From Nitrospirota bacterium (GTDB lineage Bacteria > Nitrospirota > UBA9217): a stretch of DNA of 17,975 nucleotides. The notes beneath the pieces are model-generated. The model searched no databases, was not told where the DNA came from, and saw only the letters and a program-made list of their open reading frames with translations. Positions 1 through 8,177 of this stretch are shown here, in pieces; the first letter of the stretch is position 1, and each line of letters opens with the position of its first letter. Made by a program: the position numbers and the translations under genes. The stretch covers positions 1-17,975 of the forward strand of contig CAVUHW010000007.1 of NCBI GenBank assembly GCA_963741205.1. Reading direction: 5' to 3'.

Positions 1-64
1 GTGAAACAAATGCGGCCGTACACGCAAGCAATGCGGCACACACAATACGAAACGTCTTTTTCAT
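1..64 (-). CDS. 5' end of a secreted/periplasmic protein gene, runs off the window (MKKTFRIVCAALLACTAAFVS...)
   Basis: ATG at 64 (minus) preceded by AAAAAGGGGG RBS; basic N-terminus plus hydrophobic stretch resembles a Sec signal peptide; sigma54 promoter at 185-200 points at it. Not in the ORF track. Confidence 0.7.
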   Translation of the reverse strand, partial: MKKTFRIVCAALLACTAAFVS

Positions 65-184
65 GATTTCCCCCTTTTTAATCTTTATAATTTATGACCG
101 CGACCTTGCGCGGGGCACAGCGTCTGGGAAAGCCTCCGGAGCTTTCATAAGAAGGTACCGTATCAACTTACTTATCTGTTTAAT

Positions 185-200
185 TGCAAGGCATATGCCA
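185..200 (-). promoter_or_regulatory. sigma54 (RpoN) -24/-12 promoter for the gene starting at 64
   Basis: Minus strand TGGCATATGCCTTGCA: GG-N10-GC, close to consensus TGGCAC-N5-TTGCA. Confidence 0.8.
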
Positions 201-363
201 AGTCATTCTGACGCCCATATTATGCCGATCAGGTTGATTTTATTGCCACTCATCGACAGACCAGGATACCGTTGCCCTTGCATTAGGCGGCTCAATGAGA
301 TTACATTCTACGCAAATGCTTAATAGATGATCAGGCGCGACTTCCTGTTCAATGGCCGTCACC

Positions 364-537
364 TTACAGGACCAACTTCCCGATATACAGCCCGCAAAAA
401 AGCGAGCCCCAGGCAATGACCGTCACATAAGCAGCCAGTTTACCTTTGTCCGGTTCATTCGTTCTTCCGATCAGAAACGATACGAAGAATGTGACTACGG
501 CAAAAGCCAGCACAGCGAATACCAGCATGGGAATCAT
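364..537 (-). CDS. small membrane protein, 57 aa, two predicted TM helices
   Basis: ATG at 537 after GGGAGAGGAG RBS, 11 nt downstream of the hesA stop; two hydrophobic segments separated by GRTNEPDKGK. Confidence 0.65.
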   Translation of the reverse strand: MIPMLVFAVLAFAVVTFFVSFLIGRTNEPDKGKLAAYVTVIAWGSLFCGLYIGKLVL

Positions 538-548
538 CTCCTCTCCCG

Positions 549-1301
549 TCAACTACTGCAAACCCCGCACTGCTCGTTCCGGGGTATCTTCACCTTCCTG
601 AAGTCCATGTCAAACGTATTGAATACCAGCATCTCCGAAAAAAGCGGCTTGCCGTAACCGGTCAAGAGCTTGATCGTCTCCAGCGCCATCAGGCACCCCA
701 GCATTCCCGAGACCGCTCCGAGCACCGGGAACCCAAGCTCCTCCCAGGACGGATCGTCCTCGGGATACACGCAGTGGACGCACGAGGCGGCCATCGGGAT
801 GACGTTGAAAAGATACCCCTCCATTCCGTTCATGGCAGCCTCGACCATCGGGACGCCCTTCCCGATGCAGGCCTTGTTCAAAACCCTTCGTTCTTCAAAG
901 TTCGGCCTCGCGGACAATGCGATCTGCGCCCGCTGCAGCAAAGCCGCCGCATTTTTATCCGTTATGCGCTCATCATAGATCTCGACATCGACCCCCGGGT
1001 TCAGCTCCTGGATCGTCTTCTTCGCCTGCTCCACCCTGCTCTTGCCGATCCCGCCGTTCTTCATCAGGATCTGCCGGTTCATGTTCGAAAGCGTCAGGTT
1101 GCCCGCATGCGCAAGGACCAGCCGCCCTATTCCCGCTGCCGCGAGATAGAGCGCCGCCGTACCGCCCAGGCCGCCCACGCCGGCGACCAGGGCCGTGGAA
1201 TCCCCGAGACGCCTCTGGTGGTCCGGCGTGAAGCCGCGGAGCATCAATTGGCGGCGATACCGTTCCAAGTCGGCATGCGTGAGCTGTTCTTTCATGATCA
1301 T
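549..1301 (-). CDS. hesA: HesA/MoeB/ThiF-family E1-like adenylyltransferase (nif-associated HesA type), ~250 aa
   Basis: ERYRRQ, GVGGLG nucleotide-binding loop, SNMNRQ, CVHC and CGVC Zn pairs; WEELGFPVLGAV lacks the MoeB loop Cys, as in HesA. Start at 1301 overlaps the nifB stop (TAATG); 1295 is an alternative start. Confidence 0.8.
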   Translation of the reverse strand: MIMKEQLTHADLERYRRQLMLRGFTPDHQRRLGDSTALVAGVGGLGGTAALYLAAAGIGRLVLAHAGNLTLSNMNRQILMKNGGIGKSRVEQAKKTIQELNPGVDVEIYDERITDKNAAALLQRAQIALSARPNFEERRVLNKACIGKGVPMVEAAMNGMEGYLFNVIPMAASCVHCVYPEDDPSWEELGFPVLGAVSGMLGCLMALETIKLLTGYGKPLFSEMLVFNTFDMDFRKVKIPRNEQCGVCSS

Positions 1302-2188
1302 TACACCGCCTCGTTGTATTCCTCGCCGATCCGAGACATCAGCACTTCGAGTTCCATGTCCTTGTCCTCGCCCAGGATTCCGCAGGCATCGGCCCGGCAC
1401 TGTTTGCAGTGAGTCATCTGTGGAATGAAAGGGCGGCACTCCTCGCGCAATTTACTGATTTCGGAATGGGAAGGCCGCGTCAGATGCTCGAACTCCGCCT
1501 GGGGGATGAGCGGTAGGATATTCATGATGTCGGCGCCGAGCTTGCCGGCGCGTTCGGCGATCTGCCGGATTTCATCATCGTTCACCCAGGGAATGAAAAC
1601 GGTATTGACCTTCACGATAAGCCCTGCTTCGATAGCGCTCTCCAGACCGCGCCACTGGTTCTTCAGGAGAAGTTCCGCCGCCTCTCTTCCTTCGTAACGC
1701 CGTCCCTTATAGATAATCCAGGCATAGATCTTTTCCGCTGTCTCCGGGGTCACCGCATTGATCGTAACCGTCAGGCTCCGTACCCCCGTTGCGATAAGCT
1801 GTGCCAATCGGTCCGGCAGGAGAAGGCCGTTCGTCGAAAGGCACAGGGTCAGGTCGGGATATTCCCAGTGGATCTTTCTCAGAGTGACATACGTCGGCGC
1901 ATTCACGAGCGGGTCTCCCGGACCAGCAATCCCCACGACGCTAAGGCGGTCGCTCCGCTCGATGAGCACCCTGGCCCTGTCGACAGCCTCATCCGGAGAC
2001 AGGACCCTGCTCGTGATCCCTGGCCGCGACTCGTTCGCGCAATCGAATTTTCTCACACAGTACCGGCATTGGATGTTGCACGCCGGGGCGACGGGCAAAT
2101 GCGCCCTCCCGAAGCGCTCGTGGGCCTCCTCGGAAAAACAGGGATGCACCTTGATAAAATCTTTGTTGCTGCGTCCTGGATTGCTCAT
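1301..2188 (-). CDS. nifB: NifB radical-SAM FeMo-cofactor biosynthesis protein, single-domain form (no NifX-like tail), 295 aa
   Basis: HPC, CNIQCRYC (CxxxCxxC), ESRPG, AGPGDPL, TVTIN and CKQCRADA NifB motifs; AAGGAGG RBS; intact frame. Confidence 0.95.
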   Translation of the reverse strand: MSNPGRSNKDFIKVHPCFSEEAHERFGRAHLPVAPACNIQCRYCVRKFDCANESRPGITSRVLSPDEAVDRARVLIERSDRLSVVGIAGPGDPLVNAPTYVTLRKIHWEYPDLTLCLSTNGLLLPDRLAQLIATGVRSLTVTINAVTPETAEKIYAWIIYKGRRYEGREAAELLLKNQWRGLESAIEAGLIVKVNTVFIPWVNDDEIRQIAERAGKLGADIMNILPLIPQAEFEHLTRPSHSEISKLREECRPFIPQMTHCKQCRADACGILGEDKDMELEVLMSRIGEEYNEAV

Positions 2189-2219
2189 ACTGTCCTCCTT
2201 AGTCCATGCTCATGATAAT

Positions 2220-2235
2220 AGCAATATCATTGCCA
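2220..2235 (-). promoter_or_regulatory. sigma54 -24/-12 promoter of nifB-hesA
   Basis: Minus strand TGGCAATGATATTGCT (GG-N10-GC) just upstream of nifB; weak IHF-like TTTCAAGGAGTTC at 2254-2266. Confidence 0.75.
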
Positions 2236-2322
2236 GGGACACGGCATCATGATTTTCAAGGAGTTCATGCGCTGAATTCCGTCGCAGAGGGAAAAGAGGC
2301 TGCGGGGTTTTTAGGCTATTGA

Positions 2323-2811
2323 CTATTTTCGGATCAATTCGGGGTCTAAAGGCCGTAACCGTGAAGGACCTCTGAGGCAGGAAAGATTGGTGGTTTTCCA
2401 GCAGCGGTTTACATAGAACTTCAGGGCATCCCCGTTATCCTGATCAGCGAGGAGCTGGACCCGGCTCAGGCCCTTTTTTTCGCACCACGTTAAGGCCTCA
2501 GAAAGGAGTCTAGTCCCGATACCTTTCTTGCGGCTATCCTTTCGCACGATGACATCTTCGATAAGACCCACCGGGCCGCCCTCGGCAGTGGAGATCAGTG
2601 TCTGCACGGAGCACATGCCGAGGACCTCTCCGCCAGATTCAGCGACAAGAACGAGTGAGTTGCCTGGAGAATCGTTGATCAGAAGTTCCAGTCCGCGGGC
2701 TTGTTTTCGCGGGTCCGGTTCAAAATCGGACTCCAGGCAAAAGAGGTCGCCGAGGAGCCCGCAGAGCTGGCCGATATCCTCGCTTCTGGCCGGACGGAGG
2801 GTGATATCCAC
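2323..2811 (-). CDS. GNAT-family N-acetyltransferase
   Basis: GTG start at 2811 just after the fdxB stop; LRPA, GLIEDVIV, RKKGIGTRLL (acetyl-CoA motif A), N..ALKFY. Exact C-terminus uncertain. Confidence 0.85.
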   Translation of the reverse strand: MDITLRPARSEDIGQLCGLLGDLFCLESDFEPDPRKQARGLELLINDSPGNSLVLVAESGGEVLGMCSVQTLISTAEGGPVGLIEDVIVRKDSRKKGIGTRLLSEALTWCEKKGLSRVQLLADQDNGDALKFYVNRCWKTTNLSCLRGPSRLRPLDPELIRK

Positions 2812-2822
2812 AGACCGGCCTC

Positions 2823-3101
2823 TCAAACCGCCACGTGCACGTGGCATTTCTTCGTGCACGTGCGCGCGCAGGCTTCGCACCCGATGCAGTTCTCCGGCCG
2901 TGCGACGGACATGACCTTGTTTCCCATGTCGTCGCCGTACTCGTCCTCGCCTTCAAACGGCTTTTCGATCAGCTCCAGCACGTCGAAGCCGCAGACCTTG
3001 TAGCAGCGTCCGCAGCCGATGCACTTGTCGATCTCGATAGCGTCGATGAATTTCGGGGTCCAGGGCTTGCCGCCCCGGGTTGTTCCGGTAATGGGGGACA
3101 T
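2823..3101 (-). CDS. fdxB: nif-specific 2[4Fe-4S] ferredoxin (ferredoxin III / FdxB type), 92 aa
   Basis: ATG at 3101 after AAGGAGG; TRGGKPWTPKF N-terminus, CIGCGRCYKVC and CIGCEACARTC motifs with an acidic spacer. Confidence 0.88.
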   Translation of the reverse strand: MSPITGTTRGGKPWTPKFIDAIEIDKCIGCGRCYKVCGFDVLELIEKPFEGEDEYGDDMGNKVMSVARPENCIGCEACARTCTKKCHVHVAV

Positions 3102-3120
3102 GGTGACCTCCTTATGAATC

Positions 3121-3203
3121 AGAGCGCAAGGGTCAGTAGCGCATGGGCGCAAGCGTTTAGGCCATTTACCTTGCTGCTATGACTCTGCGCTATCCACTAT
3201 GCC
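3121..3203. repeat. degenerate ~7-nt-period repeat element with inverted arms (nifI2-fdxB junction)
   Basis: Left arm AGAGCGCAAG..TAGCGCATGGGCGCAAGCG; right arm GCTATGACTCTGCGCTATCCACTATGCC, roughly complementary. Confidence 0.55.
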
Positions 3204-3206
3204 GTT

Positions 3207-3625
3207 TTACGCTATCGCCTCGCCGTTCTTCTCGCCGGTCCTGACCCGGAGCGCTCCATCGACGGCCGACACGAAGATCTTTCCGTCGCCTGCCTTGCCG
3301 GTCTGGTTCACTTTGATGATGGCTTTGACCACGGTAGTCACCACGTCGTCGGGGACCACGATCGTGAGCAAGCCGCTTCGGCACGAAGAGCGCGATCTTC
3401 GGCAGCGTATGGTCGAGCGCATAGGTCGAAGGCGTGGACTTGAGCTTCACCGCAGTGCAATAACTGTCCGGCATTTCCGAGTCCATCTCCGCGCACATGG
3501 CGCCCCGCTGCCTGCCCCGGCCGTCCGACGCTCTGGATCGTGAGCGAGGGATAGCCGAGGTCATCGAGTATTTTTTTCGTTTCCGGGAGCTTGTCCCGGC
3601 GTATGATTGCCGTAATTTCTTTCAT
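3207..3625 (-). CDS. nifI2: PII-family nitrogenase regulator NifI2 (~138 aa after fixing two +1 indels near 3525 and 3370)
   Basis: [45 protein letters not shown] reconstructed across three frames; long T-loop; directly follows nifI1. Confidence 0.85.
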
Positions 3626-3668
3626 GATGAGACCTCCTGTCCGGACAAGCCGGAAGCAAAACCTTGGA

Positions 3669-3766
3669 ACCGCGAAGGCGCAAAGGTCGCGAAGGACGGC
3701 TAAAAATGTTTCGGGTTTAAAACCGAGAATTAAAGATTTCCTTAGCGCCCCTTGCGCCTTCGCGGT
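3669..3766. repeat. 28-bp inverted repeat (25/28 match) with 9-nt periodicity, nifI1-nifI2 junction
   Basis: ACCGCGAAGGCGCAAAGGTCGCGAAGGA (3669-3696) pairs with TCCTTAGCGCCCCTTGCGCCTTCGCGGT (3739-3766); inner palindrome TCGGGTTTAAAACCGA. Confidence 0.85.
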
Positions 3767-3816
3767 AAATTTGTTTAATTCATTTTATAACGGATCGACT
3801 CCGCATTCCGCATTCG

Positions 3817-4134
3817 CTACAATCCCGCTTCTCCGGTCCTTACCGTGTACGCGCTCTCCACCGGGCTCACGAAGATCTTCCCGTCGCCGATGAAACCGGT
3901 CCGCGCCTTGTCCTGGATCACCTTCAGCACCTTGTCCAGGTCCTTGTCGTCGATGACCGTCATGATGAGCGTCTTCGGAAGTTCGTCATAATGGACCGGC
4001 CCCACGGTCAACCCCTTCTGCTTGCCCCGTCCGAATACGGGAACTTTGGTCAGCGACGGGAAGCCCGCGCCTTCGAGCGCCAGGACAACCTCCTGTTCCT
4101 TTTCCGGCCGAATGAATGCTCTGATCATCTTCAT
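3817..4134 (-). CDS. nifI1: PII-family nitrogenase regulator NifI1, 105 aa
   Basis: MKMIRAFIRPEK, VFGRGKQKG, short T-loop (HYDELPK), RTGFIGDGKIFV; intact; AGGAGG RBS. Confidence 0.9.
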   Translation of the reverse strand: MKMIRAFIRPEKEQEVVLALEGAGFPSLTKVPVFGRGKQKGLTVGPVHYDELPKTLIMTVIDDKDLDKVLKVIQDKARTGFIGDGKIFVSPVESAYTVRTGEAGL

Positions 4135-4220
4135 GGTTTGTTTCCTCCTGTTTTTTTGTCAAGTTCTTTCGCAACTACGTGCATAGCGTTTATATTTTTT
4201 ACTCTCTGCGCTTTGCGATT

Positions 4221-4611
4221 TCATCTGTTCAACGCCTTCCTGAGCCACGGCGGCGGCGATTTCTTGATCGTCTCCCAAGCTGCCCGAGGGCGCTCTCGAT
4301 AGAGACGATCTCCTTCATCTTCATCGGCATGATGCCCTTTTTCACGAGCCGCGCCGCCGACGGGCCGCCGATCTCCGTAAGATAAATGAGCTTGCAGTCA
4401 GCGAGCGGTCAACTTTGTTCTCGACCGCGCTGTCATGAAGGGGACCCATGTCCCTGGTGTCCACGACCGCTTTGTCCATGCCATCGGCGAACTTCCGCAT
4501 TCCGAGGAATTGAGAGCCGCCTCGCGTGATTTCATAAATTGCGAACATGCCCGCCCTGCCGAAATGCTCGTCCACCTGTTTCCCGTCAGTCGTTGCAAAT
4601 GCGACTTTCAT
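4221..4611 (-). CDS. nifX: NifX FeMo-co precursor carrier (~130 aa after fixing two -1 indels near 4404 and 4275)
   Basis: MKVAFATTDGKQVDEHFG..DCKLIYLTEIGGPSAARLVKKGIMP..SPPPWLRKAL; follows nifEN. Confidence 0.9.
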
Positions 4612-4630
4612 AAGAACCTCCAAGATCCTT

Positions 4631-4662
4631 CAAGCTTGCAAGCTTCAAAGCCGGCAAGCGGG
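4631..4662. repeat. 8-nt tandem repeat, four copies (nifEN-nifX junction)
   Basis: CAAGCTTG CAAGCTTC AAAGCCGG CAAGCGGG. Confidence 0.6.
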
Positions 4663-4683
4663 GTACAACATCTTCGCAGCTAC

Positions 4684-7374
4684 TTAATGCCTCTTCATCA
4701 GCAAATTCGCCATTTCATTGATCAGCGTCAGTGTCCCCCGGTAGCCGATCGTGACCTTCGAGGTGTACCCGAAGGTTTTGTACACCGGGAACCCCATTTC
4801 AAAGAGCGGGACGCCGAGACGCATCGCCGTGCTCTCCCCATGGGAGTTCGAGATAAGCGCGTCGAAACTCGCCTTGGATGGAGAAAAAGTCGCCGATCCG
4901 CACTTCCCGGGAGCAGATGCGGTCTGCGGCATCCGACAGCGTCGGGAATGACGGCCAACTCCACCGAAGCCCCCATTTCATCGAGCCACTTCGAGGTCTG
5001 GACCGCCAGATCGGGCTCAAGGGCAATACAGATCTTCTTGCCTCCGAAATAAAAGATGCGCGTCCCGCATTGCGTCCACCAGGACCTTGCGCTGCCGTTC
5101 GTACTGTGGCGGCATTGGCATCCCGCTGACTTCCGACAACGTCTGCATCAGACGATCGAGTCGTGCGAGCCCGCAGATGCTATCGAACACTCGATACTCG
5201 ATGCCGGACTTTTCTGCAGCAGCCTGGCCGCGGGCTCCATGCTCATGCCCGAGCGCGATCGTGAGATCGGAACTGCCCATGGCGTCCAGATCCTCTATGG
5301 TCGTTCCTCCCGAGGCCAAGGGGAGAAAAACCCTGCCTGCTCCCGTCGAGAGCAGACAAGTCAGGGAGGATGATCGGTTTCATCCCGAACGACTCTATGA
5401 TACTCACGAAGCTCCGTTACGTCCGCCGGAGTAAGATGCGATCCGGCGAGAACGTTGATCGTTCTGTCGGCAGTCCGGACGCGTCCGCAGTCGGCAGTCG
5501 ACTGTTGACTAGCGACTGACGACTGAAGGACTGACTTCTATCGCCTTCGCATACCCCGTTTCCAGCCCGCCCTGCATAGTCCGGCGTCGGAATATGAACG
5601 ACCCTGCATGCTGAATCCTGACCATTGAATTGCCGACACGACACGTGCGACATCATCCCCCTTCACTTCTGACAGCCCCGAGGTCAGCACGCCGATGAGC
5701 GAGGGTTTGTTCTTTTCAATGAACCCCTCTATGGTCTTGGCCAGCTTTCTTCGCTTCCCATGACCACATCCTCCACAAAAAGCTTCTCGAAACTAGCGCA
5801 ATGGGCTCGCGGAAATGCTTGGTCAGGAGCACTTTGCCGAGGAACGTGCAGCCCTGGGCGCCGTGGATAAGCGGCAGCGCGCGGTCGATGCCCTGGAGCG
5901 CCATCGCCGCGCCGATTGCCGGAGAATGCTTGAGGGGATTGATAAGAATTGCGGATTTCGGATTGGCGATTTCGGATTGACTTTTTTGATGTTTTGATTT
6001 TAATTCCGCATGGAGCCTGCCCTCGAAATCCTTTATCGGGGGCAATCCGCATTCCGCAATCTCTCCGCTTCCCTCATAGAAGCGGAGGCTGTTGCTGATT
6101 TGCTCCGCCAAGTTCACAAGCCCCAAATATCCCGCATAGGGCGTGTGCCGCTCCTGGTTCACATCCACAAAGGGATATCCTTCTTTGACGGCAAGATACT
6201 GGTTCCGTCCTCCGGCAATCAGCATGTCAGCGCTGCGATCCTTTAACAGCTTCAGCAGGTTTTTCGGCGTCACATCCTCGACCAAGGGCGCGTCAGGCCC
6301 GAGGATCGCTTTCATCTTTTCTTCGTCCTCGACCGTGCTCTTCTTCGTGCCGACGGCCACGATCTCGATGCCGAGGTCCCTGAGCGCCGAGATGAAGGAC
6401 CAGCTCTTGACTCCGCCCGTATACAGCACCGCCTTTTTGCCGTGCAGGTGCTTGTAGGGCTTGAGCTGCTGCTTCAGCCGTTTTTCCTCCGACAGGATGA
6501 GTTCCTCGACACGGGACGTGAGGCTCGGCTCGTCCTTCCCGACTTTGGCCTGCAGTCCCTCCGCGATCGCGCGCAAAGCCTTTGCGATCTCGGTGCTCCC
6601 GAAGAACGATACTTCCACGTACGGAATGCCGTATCTGCGTTCCATTTCCCGGGCGACGTTGATCAGTGCCCGGCCGCAAACGACCACGTTCAGTTTTGCC
6701 TGGTGCGCCCAGGTGATTTCCTCGAAGGTCGAGTCTCCGGTGATCCTCGAAAGGATCCGAATGCCCGCCTTGGCAAGGAGCGGCTCCACGAGCCAGAGGT
6801 CGCCGGCGATATTGTACTCGCCGATCAGGTTGATGTCGGTGTGCGTCATGACCGGCGTTTCCCCGGTCCCGATCACCTGCTCGAGCAGCACCTCGCCGGC
6901 GATGCGGTTCCCGAGGTTCTTCGGCCCCACAAACCCCGGCGCGTTCACGGGAATGACGCGTATGCCGAGTTCGTTTTCCGCGCGCTTGCAGACCGCTTCG
7001 ATGTCCTCGCCCGTGAGCCCGCTCACGCAGGTGGAGTACACGAAGATCGCCTTCGGCCTGACCGTCTCCTGCGTTCGCTTTATGGCGTTCAGCAGTTTTT
7101 CTTCCGAGCCGTAAACGATGTCGATCTCGCCCATATCGGTGGTGAAGCCCATGGCATGCAGCTCGCCCTTCGACGATCGCGTTCCCCGGCCTTCCCAGGT
7201 GTTGCCGCAGCACGCGATCGGGCCGTGCACGACGTGCGCCGTGTCCGCGATGGGCTGGAGCACGATCATGGCGCCGTCAAAGGCGCAGGACTCCCCGCCG
7301 CGGGAACGGCAGACCTTGTGCTTGTCGTCCGTGGAACAACCGTCTGTTGTCAATTTGTCGAGAGTACTGACCAT
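4684..7374 (-). CDS. nifEN: fused NifE-NifN FeMo-co assembly scaffold; NifN half broken by many single-base indels
   Basis: NifE motifs (CAFDGA, HGPIACC, STCVSGL, YTGGVKSWS, DVNQER) read without a stop into NifN motifs (NPLKHSPAIGA, HGAQGCT, HFREPI); the rest of NifN (TPDY, INVLAG, LPDLS, GFPVY, GYRGTL) is recoverable across frames to TAA at 4684. Confidence 0.9.
5465..5535. repeat. 7-nt-period repeat with inverted arms inside the NifN coding region
   Basis: AGTCGGC AGTCGAC opposed to GACTGTT GACTAGC GACTGAC GACTGAA(G) GACTGAC. Confidence 0.7.
5948..6060. repeat. 7-nt-period inverted-arm element with nested hairpin, forming the NifE-NifN linker
   Basis: ATTGCGG ATTTCGG ATTGGCG ATTTCGG ATT (5948-5978) opposed to AATCCGC ATTCCGC AAT (6044-6060); internal hairpin GCCCTCGA..TCGGGGGC (6019-6043). 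Confidence 0.8.
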
Positions 7375-7420
7375 GAGAAACTCCGCTGCACTTTTGAACT
7401 CTTTACTTCGCGCGCCGTGC

Positions 7421-8161
7421 TCAGATTACGACCAGTTTCAACCCGGCCATGACGAGCATGACGCCGAGCAATACCCGCAGGACCGGACTGTTGAACTTCG
7501 TTGCCCCCAGCGTCGAGCCGATGAATCCGCCGGAAATGACCGCAACGGACCAGAAAGCGAGGTGGTCGGGGAACGCGCCGCCTTTTTGAATATATCCCGC
7601 TAAACCGGAGATCGAGTTCAGGAGGATGAATGCCGCGGCCACTGCGGCCGTTCTCCGGAGTCCCGCCCAATGCAGAATGATCAGCACCGGGCTGAGAAAG
7701 ATTCCGCCGCCGACCCCCGTGAGGCCCGAAAGGAACCCGATGCCCCCTCCCACTGCCAGCGACGCCGCAATCGCCGGGTACGCGACCCGTCCGGAATCAT
7801 CGGAAGCAACCTTGCTCCGGAGCATGAGATGGAGAGCGGCGAATACCAACGCAATGCCCACGAGCATTTTGTATATCGTCGCGTCCACTGCCAGTCCGCC
7901 GCCAAGGTACGCCATGGGAACCGAGGCAAGAGCAAAGGGCCAGAAAAGGCGCCAGGAAAAATGTCCGGCCTGGTAAAAGCGGATGGTCGTGACCAGGGCC
8001 ACAATAATGTTAAGCGCAAGGGCCGTCGGCTTCATCACTGCCGGCGGAAACGAAAGAAGCGCCATGGTTGCCAGATACCCGGAGGCCCCCGCGTGCCCGA
8101 CCGTGGAATACAGAAGCGCGATGAAAAAGAAGTATATGCCGGTCATTGCGATGTCGTGCAT
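7421..8161 (-). CDS. TauE/SafE (DUF81/TSUP) family membrane transporter, 246 aa
   Basis: About 8 hydrophobic segments in two repeats with family motifs VGHAGASGY and GLTGVGGGIFLSP; intact, co-oriented between nifK and nifE. Confidence 0.85.
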   Translation of the reverse strand: MHDIAMTGIYFFFIALLYSTVGHAGASGYLATMALLSFPPAVMKPTALALNIIVALVTTIRFYQAGHFSWRLFWPFALASVPMAYLGGGLAVDATIYKMLVGIALVFAALHLMLRSKVASDDSGRVAYPAIAASLAVGGGIGFLSGLTGVGGGIFLSPVLIILHWAGLRRTAAVAAAFILLNSISGLAGYIQKGGAFPDHLAFWSVAVISGGFIGSTLGATKFNSPVLRVLLGVMLVMAGLKLVVI

Positions 8162-8177
8162 AGGATCACCCGAATAC

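Noticed and set aside
63-323. 86-aa plus-strand ORF
   Set aside because: Lies over the minus-strand promoter and leader, lacks an RBS and has no recognisable features.
1302-1439. N-terminal extensions given by the ORF track for hesA (also fdxB to 3152, GNAT to 2880, nifK to 9839)
   Set aside because: They overlap upstream genes or repeats; downstream starts have better RBS or coupling.
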